DNA of 64,000 nucleotides from Alphaproteobacteria bacterium (GTDB lineage Bacteria; Pseudomonadota; Alphaproteobacteria; CAAHEQ01; UBA3637): NCBI GenBank assembly GCA_045613285.1, contig JAZLAQ010000035.1, positions 4,670 to 68,669 of the forward strand, read 5' to 3'. Shown piece by piece: positions 61,584 to 64,000 of this stretch (position 1 is its first letter; each line of letters starts with the position of its first letter). The notes under the pieces were generated by a model. It saw only the letters and a program-made list of their open reading frames with translations, ran no database searches and was not told where the DNA came from. The position numbers and the translations under genes were made by a program.

Positions 61584-64000
61584 AGAAATCTTATCAAAAA
61601 AAACAAAGTAAGCCGGTACAAATAAAATACCGATAAGAGTTGCGGCAATCATGCCATAAAAGACTGTTGTTCCGATGGCTCTCTGACTGGCGGCACCTGC
61701 ACCTGTCGCGATAACCATTGGAAATGTCCCTAAAATAAAGGTCAAAGCCGTCATGATAACCGCCCTAAAACGTTCACCGGCTCCTTTCAGGGCTGCTGAT
61801 GTTGTATCTATACCGGATCGTCGATATTTAATTGTAAACTGAACAATTAAAATGGCATTTTTACTGGCTAGTCCTATAAGCATGACAATACCCAATTGTG
61901 CATAAATGCTTAAAGATAAACCTGATAATTGTAAACCGAGTAAAGCACCTAAAATTGCAAAAATATTACTTAAAATTACGGCTATTGCAATCCACCAACT
62001 TTCATAAAGAGCGACTAAAAAAAGGTAGCAAAAAATTAGAGCAAGGATAATCAGAATAACGGCTAAACCTGCGGTTTCAACCTGTTGAAGGGTTAAACCT
62101 GTCCACGAAAACGAAAAGTCTTTTCCTAAATCAGGTATGAATTTTTGAAGATCTTTCAGTGCAGTTCCTGAGCTGATATGTGGTGCTGTTTGAGCTGTAA
62201 CTCCTGCACTTAAATACTGATTAAAACGATAAATGATTTTAGGACTAACTACAATTTTTTCGGTTAGAAAGTTTTGAATTTGAATCAATTCCCCAAAAAC
62301 ATTCGGAACATATAGTTGCCCGATGTCAGGAATATCCTGACGAGCCGGAAAATCGGCTTGAATAATGACCTTGTTGATTTGTCCGTCAACGGTGATGTTG
62401 TTTATATATCGTGACCCTAAATTATTTTGTAAAACAGAAAACAAATCAGACAGTTGTATCTGAAAAGCAGATAATTTTATGCGGTTTATATCCAGATAAA
62501 CATGTGGTGTATCGGTTGTAAAGGGTGAAAAACCGTAAGAAAAAAGACTATTTTTATTTATGAACAACAATGTTTTTTGTAAGGCTTCATCTAACTCTTG
62601 AGGTGTTGTTTTCAAATTTAAGGCGTTTAATTGAAAGTTGATACCATCGGCATTTCCGATTCCGGGAATGGAAGGCATGGCAAAAAAATTGATATCTGCT
62701 TCGGGATGTCCTGAAAATTTTTGCGTCAGTTTGGATAGAATTGAATCCATCGAAATCCCTTGCTTATCTCGTTCATCCCATGGAGTTAAAACAATGGCAG
62801 CCATACCGATATTTTCTCCGCTTGCCGAAAGCATACTATTTCCGGAAATGCCGATAAAGGACTGAATGCCGGAAATTTGACGTGCTTGTGCAGATATATG
62901 GTGTAATAAGGCTTCTGTTTGATTAATACTGGCGGTTGAGGGTAATTGTACCGATGCCATGATAATTCCCTGATCCTCTTGAGGTACAAATCCTTTGGGA
63001 ATTAAGAAAAATAAGTAGCCTAATAAACAGATAATCCCACAGGTAAGAATTAAAGTTGTTTTGATATGGAAACATAAAAAAGAAACACTTTTAATGTAAA
63101 ATTTTTCACATTTTTCTAAAAAGGAGTTAAAAATATTCATCCAATACAAAGGAAGTTTTATCTTCTTTTTTAAAAAAATGGCACACAGAACCGGACTTAA
63201 AGTCAGAGCATTAATCGCCGAAAAGAACACGGCAGTCGCCAAAGTTACTGAAAATTGCTGATATATTTTACCTGTTATACCGGCCATAAGTCCTACCGGA
63301 ATAAAAATAGCCATCAGAACCAAGGTTGTTGCGACAACAGATGCAGAAATATCTTTCATTGCTTGTACCGATGCTTGAGAACCAGTCATGTGTTTGTATT
63401 TTATTAGGTATTGAACACGTTCTACAACCACAATAGCATCATCTACGACTAAACCAATTGCTAAAATCATTGCAAATAAAGTTAATATATTAATATCAAA
63501 TCCCAACATATAAATGACAACAAAAGTCGCAATCAGCGAAACCGGAATGGTTATCATCGGAATCAGAGTTGCCCATGCATTTTGTAAGAAAATATAAACA
63601 ACAATCATTACCAGTAAAAATGTTAATGCTAAGGTTATTAAAATAGATTGAATGCTGGATTTAACAAAAGTTGTTGAATCATAAACAATTTCAAATTTAA
63701 TATCATCCGGAAAGGATTTTTCCAATGCTTCCATTTCTTTTTTTAGATTTTTCATGATTTCCAAAGAATTAGAATTAGGCAGTTGTGATAGAGCCATTAC
63801 GACAGACGGTTGATTATTAAAACTGGCATTTAATTGATAACTGTCGGCCCCCATTTCAATGCGTGCAATATCCTTTAATTGAATGATACTTCCCGATAAA
63901 TTAGCTCGGACAATAATTTCTTCAAAATCTTCTATAGTAGAGAGTAGCCCTTTTGTCATAACGGAAAGTATCTGATTGGTATTTTGAGGAGCAGGGGCTG
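60135..64000 (-). CDS. RND (AcrB-family) efflux permease read in frame into a NodT/OprM-family outer-membrane-factor lipoprotein; 5' end beyond window
   Basis: AcrB TM signature GLVVDDAIVVVE, TM12 and tail …FFDKISLKYTSKKK continue with no stop into KIVNLLYVLILGGFLSAC|TVGPDYEQP (lipobox + OMF N-terminus) and a TolC-like domain to 60135; reading frame continues upstream to the window edge. Confidence 0.75.
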   Translation of the reverse strand, partial: APAPQNTNQILSVMTKGLLSTIEDFEEIIVRANLSGSIIQLKDIARIEMGADSYQLNASFNNQPSVVMALSQLPNSNSLEIMKNLKKEMEALEKSFPDDIKFEIVYDSTTFVKSSIQSILITLALTFLLVMIVVYIFLQNAWATLIPMITIPVSLIATFVVIYMLGFDINILTLFAMILAIGLVVDDAIVVVERVQYLIKYKHMTGSQASVQAMKDISASVVATTLVLMAIFIPVGLMAGITGKIYQQFSVTLATAVFFSAINALTLSPVLCAIFLKKKIKLPLYWMNIFNSFLEKCEKFYIKSVSFLCFHIKTTLILTCGIICLLGYLFFLIPKGFVPQEDQGIIMASVQLPSTASINQTEALLHHISAQARQISGIQSFIGISGNSMLSASGENIGMAAIVLTPWDERDKQGISMDSILSKLTQKFSGHPEADINFFAMPSIPGIGNADGINFQLNALNLKTTPQELDEALQKTLLFINKNSLFSYGFSPFTTDTPHVYLDINRIKLSAFQIQLSDLFSVLQNNLGSRYINNITVDGQINKVIIQADFPARQDIPDIGQLYVPNVFGELIQIQNFLTEKIVVSPKIIYRFNQYLSAGVTAQTAPHISSGTALKDLQKFIPDLGKDFSFSWTGLTLQQVETAGLAVILIILALIFCYLFLVALYESWWIAIAVILSNIFAILGALLGLQLSGLSLSIYAQLGIVMLIGLASKNAILIVQFTIKYRRSGIDTTSAALKGAGERFRAVIMTALTFILGTFPMVIATGAGAASQRAIGTTVFYGMIAATLIGILFVPAYFVFFDKISLKYTSKKKIVNLLYVLILGGFLSACTVGPDYEQPQFFTQTELQKALNTSTRENHYFTPQDLNDPTLDTVIDKAVENNPTLKQALWRLRGTRAKLAIAKAGLFPTLDITAQYNNVKNSKNMGQILTEDYYQAGLDVIWEIDLFGGQNRRIEAEKANLKSTLYAVQNTALSLTTEVARIYIQTRTLQELVRQTQANIRLQEEMTALVRDKQQTGISSVLSLEQALYLLKDTSATLTDLEYQLMESKNALALILGELPGGIDDLLKQNKESLITRPFDFDLEKVTLISADILRHRPDVRAAEENLIAQNALVGAAIADMFPRISLSALLGFESLTWGKLWRKDSLGHTITPSITTPIFHFGALKENIAVQKALKEEYILTYQQALLQAANEIKNAIISLYQEHQHYLLLQETFNHADNVAQLMQSKYTNGLIDYTDVLQAEQNRLQAQIQMIKSAGTLYTNLIHFYKAIGGEFTQDNLLISKSKG

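Overview
This is an AT-rich (roughly one-third GC by eye) chromosomal window, apparently from a small-genome, host-associated bacterium. Gene content (TrmFO, a virB3-virB4 pair with a tandem truncated duplicate, LolCDE, KdsB, many eukaryote-like repeat proteins) suggests an intracellular alphaproteobacterium of Rickettsiales/Holosporales type, but no lineage can be confirmed from sequence alone. Housekeeping backbone: ffh (partial), pyrG, mfd, trkA, dus, trmFO, dnaX, gap, lolCD, kdsB, ppa, thrS, dnaA, rpoD-dnaG, prfA-prmC, uvrA, ndk, pgpA. RNA genes: tRNA-Ser(GCU), tRNA-Thr(CGU), and an SRP (4.5S) RNA directly upstream of dnaX. Candidate host-interaction or accessory content: (1) two paralogous cysteine-rich tandem-repeat proteins with type-IV-pilin-like N-termini, one carrying a clear prepilin motif, plus an orphan TadV/CpaA-type prepilin peptidase; (2) a virB3-virB4 segment preceded by a truncated VirB3-VirB4N fusion paralog, followed by an HNH-nuclease protein with a polybasic C-terminal tail; (3) duplicated RNI-type LRR proteins bracketing a DUF2157/GDYXXLXY membrane module next to tRNA-Ser; (4) a 2H-phosphoesterase + HExxH metalloprotease-like pair; (5) an RND permease read in frame, without a stop, into a NodT-type outer-membrane-factor lipoprotein; (6) MORN, Sel1, ankyrin-like, Tat-secreted and SemiSWEET proteins. 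No CRISPR array, IS element or prophage is evident.
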